Shown: positions 44,647 through 54,200, counted from the first letter of the stretch. The stretch: DNA of 64,000 bases from an uncultured Bacteroidales bacterium (GCA_905235375.1 CAJOLH010000003.1:85268-149267); one strand, 5' to 3'. Program-made: numbers and translations. Notes: generated by a model from the letters alone, not told the origin.

Positions 44647-45056
44647 GCTTGGGCAAGGTATTTCAGATAATCATCGAAGTTGCGGATGTAGTCATCTTCA
44701 CTGTAATCATGGCTGGCAAGAACCAGACAAAGGGCACCCGTAGTGAATTCCTGCTCGTGAGCCCATACGCCAGGGGGGACAAGCAATCCCTGATAGGGAC
44801 GATTCAAGGTCACAACCTTTTCGGCGTGACCATCGTTGAGATAAACCTCCAAGGCGCCCGAGGCAGCGATGATGAACTGCCAGCACTGCTTGTGGGCATG
44901 AGCTCCACGATCCTTGCCGGCAGGCACATCGTAAATGTAGAAGACACGACGTATCTCGAAAGGAATCTGCACATTCTGATAGATATACGTCAGGCTTCCC
45001 CGAGGATCTTCCTCCTTGGGCAGATTGATGATCTTGCAGTCGTCTATTGTAGCCAT
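44643..45056 (-). CDS. fdtA: WxcM/FdtA-like dTDP-4-keto-6-deoxyhexose 3,4-ketoisomerase (cupin)
   Basis: 137 aa. DPRGSLTYIY...FEIRRVFYIYDVPAGKDRGAHAHK...LVLASHDYSEDDYI is the FdtA/WxcM signature. Confidence 0.85.
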   Translation of the reverse strand: MATIDDCKIINLPKEEDPRGSLTYIYQNVQIPFEIRRVFYIYDVPAGKDRGAHAHKQCWQFIIAASGALEVYLNDGHAEKVVTLNRPYQGLLVPPGVWAHEQEFTTGALCLVLASHDYSEDDYIRNFDDYLKYLAQA

Positions 45057-45083
45057 ACAGTCAAAGATTATCGAACGAATATG

Positions 45084-46757
45084 TTATCGCTTCAGCCAAC
45101 GCTCTGGATTGACAGCATTGGCATTCTGATAGATCCAGAATCGGATCTCGGCTCGATTGCTTTCAGGTTCGGTCTTCAAGGTGCCCAGCTGCTGACGCGT
45201 TGAAACTTTCTGTCCAGCTCGAACAAAAACATTCTGCAAGTTCATATAAACCGAACGATAATTGCCGTGTTGCACAATGATGGTCCATTCCTCGCTCGTC
45301 TTGAAACAGCTTTGAACGACACCCTCGTAGATAGCGCAGGCGTGCGCTCCGACACGGGTGCTAAGCACGATGCTCGAGTTACCGCTGCTTGGATTATAAT
45401 GATCGACAAAAGCAAACGTGGCATCCAAGGGATAAGGCAACTTTCCACGATTATCGGCAAAGCTGCCCGACAACCTGCGGAAAGCATCGTCCTTCTTCAC
45501 CGTTGCTGAATTGTGGGTCGTATTTCTGGAGGGAACGGTGCCAGACGACTTTGAACTCGAAGCGCCACCCGTCGCGCCCTTCGATGCTGTAGCAGCACCC
45601 GTGCTCTTGTTCTCGCCAGCCTTTTTGGCAGCAGCTTCCTTACGTCGGGCTTCTTCCTCGGCTTTCTTGCGCGCCTCCTCAGCCTTGCGTATCTCTTCCT
45701 CAATCATACGTTGAATGGTCTTCTCCACCTCTGCCATTCGCTTGCGGTCGCGATCCAATTCGGACTGCAGTTCCTTGTTGTGCTTCTGCAGATTGGCAAT
45801 TTGTGCCTGCTGCTCCTGCTGTCGCTGGTCGAGCGAAGCACGTTCCTTCTCCAGATCCTGCAGGACGTTCTCATGGTCGGCACGAGCCTGTTCGAGCGCC
45901 TGTTTGGCCTCGGTGGTGGCATTGCGCTGCTCCAACAGCAGTTCGGCCTGTCCCTTGCGCCACTCTCCATAACGACGCAGATAACGAACACGTCGCATAC
46001 CCTCGAGCAAATCCCTGGCCGAAACGACAAAGAGCAGTTCATCATAACCGCTACGCCACTTATAGAGATGACGCATTGCTGCGGCATACTTCTTCTGCGT
46101 AGCATTGTGCAGTTTCTCGAGGTCACGAATCTCGCGACGCAGACTGTCCTCTTCGGCAACGATGGACTCTATCTCACGATGCTTGCTGTTGATGAGCGCC
46201 TGACGTTTACGTATCTCGTCGGCACGAATCTGGATATCACGATTCTGGCTCTTGAGCGAATTATTGTTGTTGCTGATGAGTTTCTCGGTATCCTTTATCT
46301 GTCGCTGCAGATCCCGCTGCTGCTTTTCGTAAGCCTGACGACTCATTGGCTTGCTTTTCTTCTTGCTGCTTGTCGAACTCTGCGAGCCCGTCCTCTTGGA
46401 GGAAGACTGCGAAGACTTCTTTGCCGTGCTCTGAGCAGGTTTCTTCTGCGTAGTTTGTGCAGGTTTCTTCTGTGTGGTCTGCGCGGGCTTCTTCTGCGTG
46501 GTCTGTGCAGGCTTTTTCTGTGTGGTCTGCGCGGGCTTTTTCTGCGTGGTCTGCGCGGGCTTCTTCTGCGTGGTCTGTGCGGGCTTCTTCTGCGTGGTCT
46601 GTGCGGGCTTCTTCTGCGTGGTCTGTGCGGGCTTCTTCTGCGTGGTAGTCTTCGTCGTTGTGGACTTCTGCTGAGCAAAACCGACAACACCATCGGGACC
46701 TGCCATCAGCAAGACCGAAAAGACAACGACCACAAAATATCGAAAGAAACGCTTCAT
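45084..46757 (-). CDS. M23-family peptidoglycan endopeptidase / EnvC-like protein with a coiled coil and a QKKPAQTT repeat tract
   Basis: Signal peptide, then 9 copies of QKKPAQTT, a long coiled coil, and a C-terminal LytM-like domain (GVVQSCF...IVQHGNYRSVYMNLQNVFVRAGQKVSTRQQLG). The ATG at 46757 was preferred to the GTG at 46766. Confidence 0.8.
   Translation of the reverse strand: MKRFFRYFVVVVFSVLLMAGPDGVVGFAQQKSTTTKTTTQKKPAQTTQKKPAQTTQKKPAQTTQKKPAQTTQKKPAQTTQKKPAQTTQKKPAQTTQKKPAQTTQKKPAQSTAKKSSQSSSKRTGSQSSTSSKKKSKPMSRQAYEKQQRDLQRQIKDTEKLISNNNNSLKSQNRDIQIRADEIRKRQALINSKHREIESIVAEEDSLRREIRDLEKLHNATQKKYAAAMRHLYKWRSGYDELLFVVSARDLLEGMRRVRYLRRYGEWRKGQAELLLEQRNATTEAKQALEQARADHENVLQDLEKERASLDQRQQEQQAQIANLQKHNKELQSELDRDRKRMAEVEKTIQRMIEEEIRKAEEARKKAEEEARRKEAAAKKAGENKSTGAATASKGATGGASSSKSSGTVPSRNTTHNSATVKKDDAFRRLSGSFADNRGKLPYPLDATFAFVDHYNPSSGNSSIVLSTRVGAHACAIYEGVVQSCFKTSEEWTIIVQHGNYRSVYMNLQNVFVRAGQKVSTRQQLGTLKTEPESNRAEIRFWIYQNANAVNPERWLKR
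46431..46646. repeat. Nine tandem 24-bp units encoding QKKPAQTT
   Basis: Direct reading. The units differ only at synonymous positions (CTGTGC/CTGCGC, GGG/AGG, CTTCTT/CTTTTT on the plus strand). Confidence 0.9.
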
Positions 46758-46769
46758 GGGGAACACGGC

Positions 46770-47618
46770 TTACTTGGTCATACCCTTGATTCTATTGCCA
46801 ATATCCTTAATGGGGACCTTATTGAAATTGTCGGAGGTTTCGAAATCACGCCAAGTGCTTTCACCAAAGGAAGGATTGGTCAGCTTGAGACCCGCCGAAA
46901 TCTCCTTGTTATTGGCATTGGTGATGGTAATATATTCCTGGGTGGGCACCCACTGTCCATCCTCCACTTCCTGGTAGTCGGAGTATTCCCATCGTGCTGT
47001 CTTACCACCCACGGCGAGCAACGTGCTTACGAGGCGACCCGTCTCATCGATGGCATAGAGGATGCTATAATCCTTCCCCTCAAACAGTCCTTCGGAATAA
47101 CCCTGTTTGCCGTCGGCAAGCATAGGCGTAGTCCAAATGAGTTTCGTGTAGTCCTTGCTCGTTGCCTGTCCCTTGCCTGGGATATAGATACGACCGAGCA
47201 TGATGCACTCCAAGGCTTCCATCTCGTGACCTTTGATTTCCTTGATGTCGTAGAGATTGGAAAGTTCGAGGACCGTGTATATCTTGTCGTACTTATCGAC
47301 CAAAAGGACAGAGTCCTGACTGGCTTCTACACGAGCCACCTCGAAACCGATGATAGGAGCATTGACCTGCATGCAAAGACGATTGCCCGACTCCAGACAC
47401 ATCTTTCCGTTGAGGCTGGTTTTTCCCATCGAATACTTCACCTTCGACTGAAGGGCTTCATACTTGTAGTTGTTTTGCACAACATTCTCAAAACGAGCCT
47501 TCTCGGGATGAGCTCCCGTCAAGGTGCCAGTGACCACCTTGGTGGTGTGACAGGAAGTGAACACGAGGGAAAAGGCCAACAATGCAGCCGTATAAATATG
47601 CTTCAAGTTCTTGTTCAT
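46770..47618 (-). CDS. DUF4292-like outer-membrane lipoprotein (LolB-like fold)
   Basis: Lipobox VFTSC. It sits in the conserved Bacteroidota neighbourhood TPR protein / DUF4292 / M23 peptidase. The family call is from memory. Confidence 0.6.
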   Translation of the reverse strand: MNKNLKHIYTAALLAFSLVFTSCHTTKVVTGTLTGAHPEKARFENVVQNNYKYEALQSKVKYSMGKTSLNGKMCLESGNRLCMQVNAPIIGFEVARVEASQDSVLLVDKYDKIYTVLELSNLYDIKEIKGHEMEALECIMLGRIYIPGKGQATSKDYTKLIWTTPMLADGKQGYSEGLFEGKDYSILYAIDETGRLVSTLLAVGGKTARWEYSDYQEVEDGQWVPTQEYITITNANNKEISAGLKLTNPSFGESTWRDFETSDNFNKVPIKDIGNRIKGMTK

Positions 47619-47624
47619 TGCAAT

Positions 47625-49568
47625 TTAATTATTTAGAAGTGTCTCTGCACTGTCAATCTTCTTCTGTATCTTCTCGACGTCTTCAACGTCATCACATTCG
47701 AGGGCACGTTTCCACTGCTCGATAGCACCCTTGAGGTCATTGCTCTTGAGCAACATGTCGCCATAGTGGTCAAACAACGTGCTGTTGCCCTTGTCGTCCT
47801 TTGCCAGACAGTCGAGGGCATGCTGCTGATAGAACGTAGCCAAGGTATAGCTCTCTTCGAGGTAGAGAATCCAGGCGTATGTATCGAGATAGGTAGGATT
47901 GTCGGGGTACTTCTGAATCACCTTCAATGCCATGTCCTCAGCCTTATGAAGATCTTTTTTCTGCTGGCTCAGATAGTAGGCATAATTGTTGAGCGCATTG
48001 TAGTTCGTCGGGTTATACTTGACGGCCTTGTCGTAGCATTCGAAAGCCTCGTCCATACGGTTGTCCTGATAATAGATGTCGCCCATGCTTCCATAAAGGT
48101 TGCTGACCTTGTTGGCATCGGGTGGTGTCATGTTCTCGATAGCCAGGCGATATTGCTCGATGGCCTTTTCATGCTGATCCTCCTGAATGTAAGCCCATGC
48201 AGCGACGAGGTAGGCGGTCTGACTGGTGGGATGCTCTTTCAAAGCCTCCTGTGTCAGCTCAATGAGCTGGGGCTTGGGCATCCACGAGGTGCTGTAGTAG
48301 AGCAACTGGTCCCAATATTCCATCGATGTTGGCTTCAAATCGACAGCAAAACGCATACTCTCAGAGGCAAGACTATCCTGCCCCATCGCATTGCGCCAAT
48401 CGGCCTGCAACTTGTAAACCTCGTCGGAGGTAGGATGCATCACCACAACGGCGGTGAAGAGGGAATCCACATTGTGGAAAAGCGCCATCGTATCGAGGTC
48501 GGTAGTCACGTTGCCTTTCTCAATCTGGTCACGATAGGACGAAAGTTTGCGAAATGATCCCCTCAGATACTCTTCCATGACCTCCACCTTTGTATCGACA
48601 TCGAGATTGTTGTTAACAAGCGCAGAAGCGACAAGTCGGTCGGCAGCATCCTGATCGCCTGTCATGCTGTAGTAATTGGCTTGAGCGACCCACACATACG
48701 CATTGTCGGGCTCAACAGCAGCAGCGGCTTCGTAAGTCTCCTTGGCCTGAGGTATCTGTCCGTACTGCATCTGCAAATCGCCCAGCTGCACACGATAGCG
48801 CACATTATAGGGATAGCGTGCGATGAGCTTACGGTATTCGTCGAAACCCTCTTCGGTGCGCTTCTTGTCGCTGAGAATGGCAAATTTATAATGTGTGAGC
48901 TGTTCGTTGATGCCTTCTATCTCCTCAAGTCGGTTGAGCATTCCAAGACATTCGTTCACACTGTCAAGCCGCAGATAGATCTCCGACATATTATAGAGCG
49001 GTTCACTCTTGTCGGGATAGTTGCGCACCAGTCGTTCATAGCATAAACGAGCATCATCGATGCGGTTCAATGCGAGGAAAAGGTCTCCCTCAGCCTCTGT
49101 GTACCAATAGTTGACCGAGTCGATGGCAATGGCCTGTTCAATAGCCACTATCGCGCTCATGGCGTTGTTCTGCGTGCGATATTGGTTGCTAAGGAAAAAG
49201 TAGGCAGCAGCCAGGCCTGGCACCTGCGTGGTTGTCGGGTTCTTGACACCCTTCTTCGTCTCCTTGGGCTCTTCGGTAGGCAGCTTGATCGAAAGTTCAT
49301 ACCCTTGCGATGTCAGCACTGAATCGTAGAATGCTACCGCCTGCTTCATCAGCGTCACGGCCGAATCAGGACGCTCACATTGCCCTTGGGTCACTGCAAG
49401 GAAATAGAGGGAATCAAAATACTGCTGTTCGTCAAGGGTCAGCAGGGAAGTATCGCCTGACTGAGGATTCTTCTTTCGTGCTGACAATGTGGCGGGCAGC
49501 ACGACTGTCAGCAGCAGGAGAAGAAATATGTGATATCTTTGTTTATACATCAGTTTCGAATGTGCCAT
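47625..49568 (-). CDS. Tetratricopeptide-repeat protein (647 aa)
   Basis: Signal peptide. Multiple TPR-like A/Y/W-rich 34-aa repeats are present (e.g. AYLVAAWAYIQEDQHEKAIEQYRLAIE). Confidence 0.75.
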   Translation of the reverse strand: MAHSKLMYKQRYHIFLLLLLTVVLPATLSARKKNPQSGDTSLLTLDEQQYFDSLYFLAVTQGQCERPDSAVTLMKQAVAFYDSVLTSQGYELSIKLPTEEPKETKKGVKNPTTTQVPGLAAAYFFLSNQYRTQNNAMSAIVAIEQAIAIDSVNYWYTEAEGDLFLALNRIDDARLCYERLVRNYPDKSEPLYNMSEIYLRLDSVNECLGMLNRLEEIEGINEQLTHYKFAILSDKKRTEEGFDEYRKLIARYPYNVRYRVQLGDLQMQYGQIPQAKETYEAAAAVEPDNAYVWVAQANYYSMTGDQDAADRLVASALVNNNLDVDTKVEVMEEYLRGSFRKLSSYRDQIEKGNVTTDLDTMALFHNVDSLFTAVVVMHPTSDEVYKLQADWRNAMGQDSLASESMRFAVDLKPTSMEYWDQLLYYSTSWMPKPQLIELTQEALKEHPTSQTAYLVAAWAYIQEDQHEKAIEQYRLAIENMTPPDANKVSNLYGSMGDIYYQDNRMDEAFECYDKAVKYNPTNYNALNNYAYYLSQQKKDLHKAEDMALKVIQKYPDNPTYLDTYAWILYLEESYTLATFYQQHALDCLAKDDKGNSTLFDHYGDMLLKSNDLKGAIEQWKRALECDDVEDVEKIQKKIDSAETLLNN

Positions 49569-49577
49569 GAGTAATGT

Positions 49578-50360
49578 TTACGCAATGCTGACGTTGAAGC
49601 CCTCGGCAACGAGAGGGGCTACCAGCTGAGCCATCTCCTCTTTGGAAACCTTCACAAGATTGGGCTCTGGGGTCGGGCGATCAAGGCTATAAACCATTAT
49701 CTGGTGAGGCTTGATTTCGCGCATAAGGTCACACCAGGCATCGACTTCTTCGGGTGTAGTGTTATCAATCACCTTGCCGTCGTGCATGCCCCGCACAAAC
49801 ATCGTCTGGACGATGAGCTGGCCACGGAACGACTTCATGCCATCGACAATCTGACGCACACTGTAGTTCTTGTCGGTTGGCTGGTCAATGAGATGTATCG
49901 TCTGGTCGAAAGCTCCATCGATTTTGAGAATATTGTTATCGACCTTCAAAAGGGCGGTATAGACACTTGGGTCAGTCATGCGGGTAGCGTTGCTCAGCAC
50001 ACTCACCTTGGCCTGAGGGAAATACCGGTCACGGAGTGATATGGTTCGGTCGATGACCTCAGCGAACCGTGGATGAAGAGTGGGCTCTCCGTTGCCAGCG
50101 AAGGTGATGACATCGATCTTGCGGCCTTCAGCCACTTCTTCCTTGAGTTTGGCTTCGAGTTCCTCCATCACAGCATCTGCATCGGGGAAACGGCCTCCCC
50201 TATGATCCTTGTTCCATCCACACTCACAATAGATGCAATCGAAAGAACAGATCTTTGCATCCTTCGGCAGGAGATTCACTCCCAGGCTGATACCCAGTCT
50301 GCGACTATGGATAGGACCGATGATATTGTCATTGTAAATATTTGGTTTACGTTCTTGCAT
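49578..50360 (-). CDS. Radical SAM protein
   Basis: CSFDCIYCECG (CX3CX2C) cluster motif. The start is set at MQERKP because a minus-strand TAACTTTG box lies at 50388-50395, inside the longer TTG-started ORF. Confidence 0.75.
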   Translation of the reverse strand: MQERKPNIYNDNIIGPIHSRRLGISLGVNLLPKDAKICSFDCIYCECGWNKDHRGGRFPDADAVMEELEAKLKEEVAEGRKIDVITFAGNGEPTLHPRFAEVIDRTISLRDRYFPQAKVSVLSNATRMTDPSVYTALLKVDNNILKIDGAFDQTIHLIDQPTDKNYSVRQIVDGMKSFRGQLIVQTMFVRGMHDGKVIDNTTPEEVDAWCDLMREIKPHQIMVYSLDRPTPEPNLVKVSKEEMAQLVAPLVAEGFNVSIA

Positions 50361-50446
50361 CGTTGGGAAATGTATATATTTCGGGAGCAAAGTTACGAAA
50401 AAAACTTAACATGACAAAATCTATGCGCCAATTTTTCACATATTTA

Positions 50447-50480
50447 ATAAAAAAGGCCCCGAAACCAATGGTTTCAGGGC
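50447..50480 (-). terminator. Rho-independent terminator after ilvC
   Basis: On the minus strand GCCCTGAAACC-ATT-GGTTTCGGGGC is followed by CTTTTTTATT. Confidence 0.8.
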
Positions 50481-50526
50481 TTTGCAAAGTATCTTTACAC
50501 GTTGTGTAAAAGAGAGCTCCTACGAA

Positions 50527-51570
50527 TTAGTTGTTCTCTGGACGGAGCTTGCGCACGGTGACTGCTGTTTGCCACATCTCGCTTTCTCGCAGGGCCTTGA
50601 GTTCCTTCTCGAGTCCAGCACGATAGTCGGGCTTGGAGTTGGCATCGATGGAAATCTGAGCCTCATTGCCGAGCTTCACGCTCATGTAGAGCCACTGGCA
50701 GATAGGCTTGATGGCATCGTGGAAACGGGGATACCAATCGAGGGCACCGCGCTGGGCAGTGGTCGAGCAATTGGCATACATCCAGTCCATACCATTCTTT
50801 GCAAAGAGAGGCATGAGCGACTGAGTAAGCTCCTCAACGGTCTCGTTGAAAGCCTCCGAAGGAGAGTGTCCGTTCTCGCGAAGCACTTCGTACTGAGCGA
50901 GGAGGAGACCCTGGATAGCGCCCATCAACGAACCACGCTCGCCGGTGAGGTCTGAAGTAGCCTCGCGCTGGAAAGTGGTCTCGAAGAGGTAACCAGAACC
51001 TATGCCGATACCGAGGGCGATGGTGCGATCGTAGGCACGACCTGTAGCGTCCTGGTAGATGGCATACGAAGAGTTGAGGCCACGGCCTTCGAGGAACATG
51101 GTACGGAGTGAAGTGCCTGAGCCCTTAGGGGCAACCATGATAACGTCGATATCCTTCTGGGGAACACAACCTGTGCGGTCGTTCCATGTGATTGCAAATC
51201 CGTGCGAGAAATAGAGAGCCTTGCCTGGGGTGAGATACTGCTTGAGAGTAGGCCATACGCTCATAACAGCTGCATCAGAGAGCAGACACATCACGATAGT
51301 AGCCTTTTGGGCTGCCTCCTCGATGCTGAAGAGGGTCTTGCCTGGTACCCAACCGTCGCTGATAGCCTTCTCAAAAGTCTTGCCCTGACGCTGACCAACA
51401 ATAACGTTGAAACCATTGTCACGCAGGTTGAGCGACTGACCAGGACCCTGTACGCCGTAGCCAATAACTGCAATAGTCTCGTCCTTCAGGACTTCACGTG
51501 CTTTCTCAAGAGGATACTCCTCGCGGGTCACTACATTTTCGATGACGCCGCCAAAATTCAATTGTGCCAT
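50527..51570 (-). CDS. ilvC: Ketol-acid reductoisomerase
   Basis: MAQLNFGG...IAVIGYGVQGPGQSLNLRDNG is the Rossmann motif. The rest is an IlvC class I layout. Confidence 0.93.
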   Translation of the reverse strand: MAQLNFGGVIENVVTREEYPLEKAREVLKDETIAVIGYGVQGPGQSLNLRDNGFNVIVGQRQGKTFEKAISDGWVPGKTLFSIEEAAQKATIVMCLLSDAAVMSVWPTLKQYLTPGKALYFSHGFAITWNDRTGCVPQKDIDVIMVAPKGSGTSLRTMFLEGRGLNSSYAIYQDATGRAYDRTIALGIGIGSGYLFETTFQREATSDLTGERGSLMGAIQGLLLAQYEVLRENGHSPSEAFNETVEELTQSLMPLFAKNGMDWMYANCSTTAQRGALDWYPRFHDAIKPICQWLYMSVKLGNEAQISIDANSKPDYRAGLEKELKALRESEMWQTAVTVRKLRPENN

Positions 51571-51603
51571 ATTGATTATAATTAATGGGTTATTAAATAT
51601 TTT

Positions 51604-52431
51604 CTAGTCTTCTACCTTTTCATGATCTTCCTCTCGCTTGGTCAGATACTGATCCAAACGTTCGATACATGACTTGGTGATGGAGATGCGTCCGGAACGT
51701 ACGAACTGCAGGACGCAGCCCAGTTTGTTCAACTGGTTGAAGTTGTCAAGCACGTCGGCTGTGATGCCTGTCTTCTCGACGATGGTGTAGGTGGGATTGA
51801 CCTCCACGATATGGGCATCATGACGACGCACAATGCGCGAAACCTCGGGGTTGGCAAGGACCATCGGGGTAGCAAGCTTCAGGAGCGATGTCTCGAGAAT
51901 GAAAATCTCGTCATCGACAAAGCAGTTGGCCTGCAGCACATCGATACGCTTCTCAATCTGCTTGGTGAGCATCTCGGCCATCTCCTGCTTGCAATAGCAG
52001 GTAATCGTATATTTGTGGACGCCTGGTGTCGAAGAAGCACACACATTAAGTGTCTCGATATTGACCTGGCGACGTGTGAAGACGGCCGTAATCTGGTTGA
52101 GGATACCTGCGTAGTTCTCGGAATAGACAATGAGCGTGTAGTGCGTCAGACCCTCGTGCAAAGGACTCAGCAATGCTCCCTCCCTACCGGGAGTGGCAGG
52201 AGCATCGACAGCATTCTTTGAGAACCGTTCATGAAAGCCTCCATCCTTGAGGTCTTCCGACAGCGATGCTGAGCGTTCGCGAAAGAGGTTCTTTTCGTAC
52301 GAATTACGGTCAATGGCAGCGGCTGCCTTCACAGCCTCATCCAATGCCTGCAACGATGCCTGTGCCTCATCGCATTTGCCGCAAGTGTTGCAGTCGCCGC
52401 ACTCGCCACCATTTTTTACATGTTCTGCCAT
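51604..52431 (-). CDS. ilvN: Acetolactate synthase small (regulatory) subunit with an N-terminal extension of about 95 aa
   Basis: ACT domain HYTLIVYSENYAGILNQITAVFTRRQVNIETLNV. The ATG lies 1 nt after the ilvB stop. The extension contains CGDCNTCGKC. Confidence 0.75.
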   Translation of the reverse strand: MAEHVKNGGECGDCNTCGKCDEAQASLQALDEAVKAAAAIDRNSYEKNLFRERSASLSEDLKDGGFHERFSKNAVDAPATPGREGALLSPLHEGLTHYTLIVYSENYAGILNQITAVFTRRQVNIETLNVCASSTPGVHKYTITCYCKQEMAEMLTKQIEKRIDVLQANCFVDDEIFILETSLLKLATPMVLANPEVSRIVRRHDAHIVEVNPTYTIVEKTGITADVLDNFNQLNKLGCVLQFVRSGRISITKSCIERLDQYLTKREEDHEKVED

Positions 52432-52432
52432 A

Positions 52433-54130
52433 TCACAATATTTCTAATAGCATCTCATCCACGTTGGAACCTGGAGGAGTCATCGGTAAAACATTATCTT
52501 CTTCCTTCACAGCACATTGCAGAAGGAATGGACCCTTGGTATCGAGCATCTCACGAATGGCATCATCCAGATCCTCACGCTCCACAACGGTACGACACGG
52601 AATGCCATAACCCTGGGCTATCAACTCGTAGTCAGGATTCAGCATTGGAGTGAATGAGTAGCGTTTGTTGAAGAACAGATACTGCCACTGGCGCACATTG
52701 CCCAGGTAATTGTTGTTGAGCAAAATGATCTTCACTGGAGCCTGCTGCTCCATGATGGTGCCCAGTTCCTGGATGGTCATCTGCAGACCTCCATCGCCCA
52801 CAAACATACAGACAGTACGGTCGGGAGCGCCAAAGGTGGCACCAATCGCTGCAGGCAGGGCAAAGCCCATTGTGCCACAACCACCCGAAGTGACGATGGA
52901 ACGTTTTTTCGTGAACTTGAAATAACGGCATCCGAAGAGTTGGTTCTGACCCACATCGGTGACGAGGATGGCTTCATTGTTGGCTGCTTCGCTCACCTTA
53001 CGAACCACTTCGCCCATCAGCAATGGCCCCTCAGTGGGGTGCAATGCCTTGTCGATGACCTTGTCGTACTCCTTCTCTTCGTAAGGCTTGAAGCCTGCAA
53101 TCCACGAGCCATGCTTGACCTCATCAACATAAGGGATAAGGTCTGCCAGCGTCTGCTTGCAGTTGCCGAGTACGGCCAAATCGGCCTTCACGTTCTTGTT
53201 GATTTCCGATGGATCAATCTCGAAGTGGATGACCTTGGCCTGCTTGGCGTAAGTCTTGAGGTTGCCTGTCACACGATCGTCGAAACGCATACCCACAGCA
53301 ATCAACAGGTCGCACTGGTTGGTCATCACATTGGGGCCAAGGTTGCCGTGCATACCAAGCATACCCTTGTTGAGCGGATGGTCGGAAGGGATGGCTGAGA
53401 GGCCGAGCATCGTGCAGCCGAAAGGTATCTGTGCCTTCTCAACGAGTTCAAGCAGTTCATGATTGGCGCCAGCCAGCTCCACGCCCTGACCCACGAGCAT
53501 GAAAGGCTTCACGCTTCGGTTGATCATCTCGGCAGCTTTCCGTATCACTGACATGTCACAGGTAGGCTCTGGGACATACGAACGAATGAAGTTGACCTTC
53601 TGTGTCTCATAGTCGATGACTGTGGTCTGCGCATTCTTGGTGAAGTCGAGCACGACGGGACCTGGACGACCCGTACTTGCGATATAGAACGCACGAGCCA
53701 CGGCCCATGCCACATCCTCGGCACGTCGGATCTGATAGTTCCACTTGCTGATCGGCTGTGTCACGCCCACCACATCGACCTCCTGGAAGGCATCGGTGCC
53801 CAACATGGCTGCACCTACCTGTCCGCAGATGACGACAAGGGGTGTGGAGTCAATCATGGCATCGGCAATGCCGGTGATGGTGTTCATGGCACCGGGACCC
53901 GAAGTTACCAATACCACACCCGTTCGTCCGCTTACGCGGGCATAGCCCTGTGCGGCATGGACAGCTCCCTGCTCATGTCTTACCAGCACATGGTTGAGCG
54001 TGTCTCGATGATCATAGAGTGCATCGTAGGTCGGCATGATGGCACCTCCCGGATAACCAAAGAGTATGGTGACACCCTGATCCTCGAGGCTGCGCATCAG
54101 CGCTTCAGCACCAGATATTCTTTCTGACAT
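52433..54130 (-). CDS. ilvB: Acetolactate synthase large subunit (ThDP-dependent)
   Basis: GAEALMRSLEDQGVTILFGYPGGAIMP, then GPGAMNTITGIADA, and the ThDP-binding motif GDGGLQMTIQELGT...NNNYLG. Confidence 0.93.
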   Translation of the reverse strand: MSERISGAEALMRSLEDQGVTILFGYPGGAIMPTYDALYDHRDTLNHVLVRHEQGAVHAAQGYARVSGRTGVVLVTSGPGAMNTITGIADAMIDSTPLVVICGQVGAAMLGTDAFQEVDVVGVTQPISKWNYQIRRAEDVAWAVARAFYIASTGRPGPVVLDFTKNAQTTVIDYETQKVNFIRSYVPEPTCDMSVIRKAAEMINRSVKPFMLVGQGVELAGANHELLELVEKAQIPFGCTMLGLSAIPSDHPLNKGMLGMHGNLGPNVMTNQCDLLIAVGMRFDDRVTGNLKTYAKQAKVIHFEIDPSEINKNVKADLAVLGNCKQTLADLIPYVDEVKHGSWIAGFKPYEEKEYDKVIDKALHPTEGPLLMGEVVRKVSEAANNEAILVTDVGQNQLFGCRYFKFTKKRSIVTSGGCGTMGFALPAAIGATFGAPDRTVCMFVGDGGLQMTIQELGTIMEQQAPVKIILLNNNYLGNVRQWQYLFFNKRYSFTPMLNPDYELIAQGYGIPCRTVVEREDLDDAIREMLDTKGPFLLQCAVKEEDNVLPMTPPGSNVDEMLLEIL

Positions 54131-54200
54131 TCTATGGGTTGTTTCTGTTTTTTATCTTTATTAAACGTGATAAACACGTATTAATCGTGATTGGCAAGTA

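Noticed and set aside
45711-47636. A 641-aa plus-strand ORF, and other long antisense ORFs (2131-3324, 9605-10780, 11331-12539, 23589-25004, 25553-27166, 35245-36588, 43765-44670)
   Set aside because: Each lies entirely antisense to a gene with clear family signatures and has a low-complexity or arbitrary composition. They are shadow ORFs typical of GC-rich codon-biased genes.
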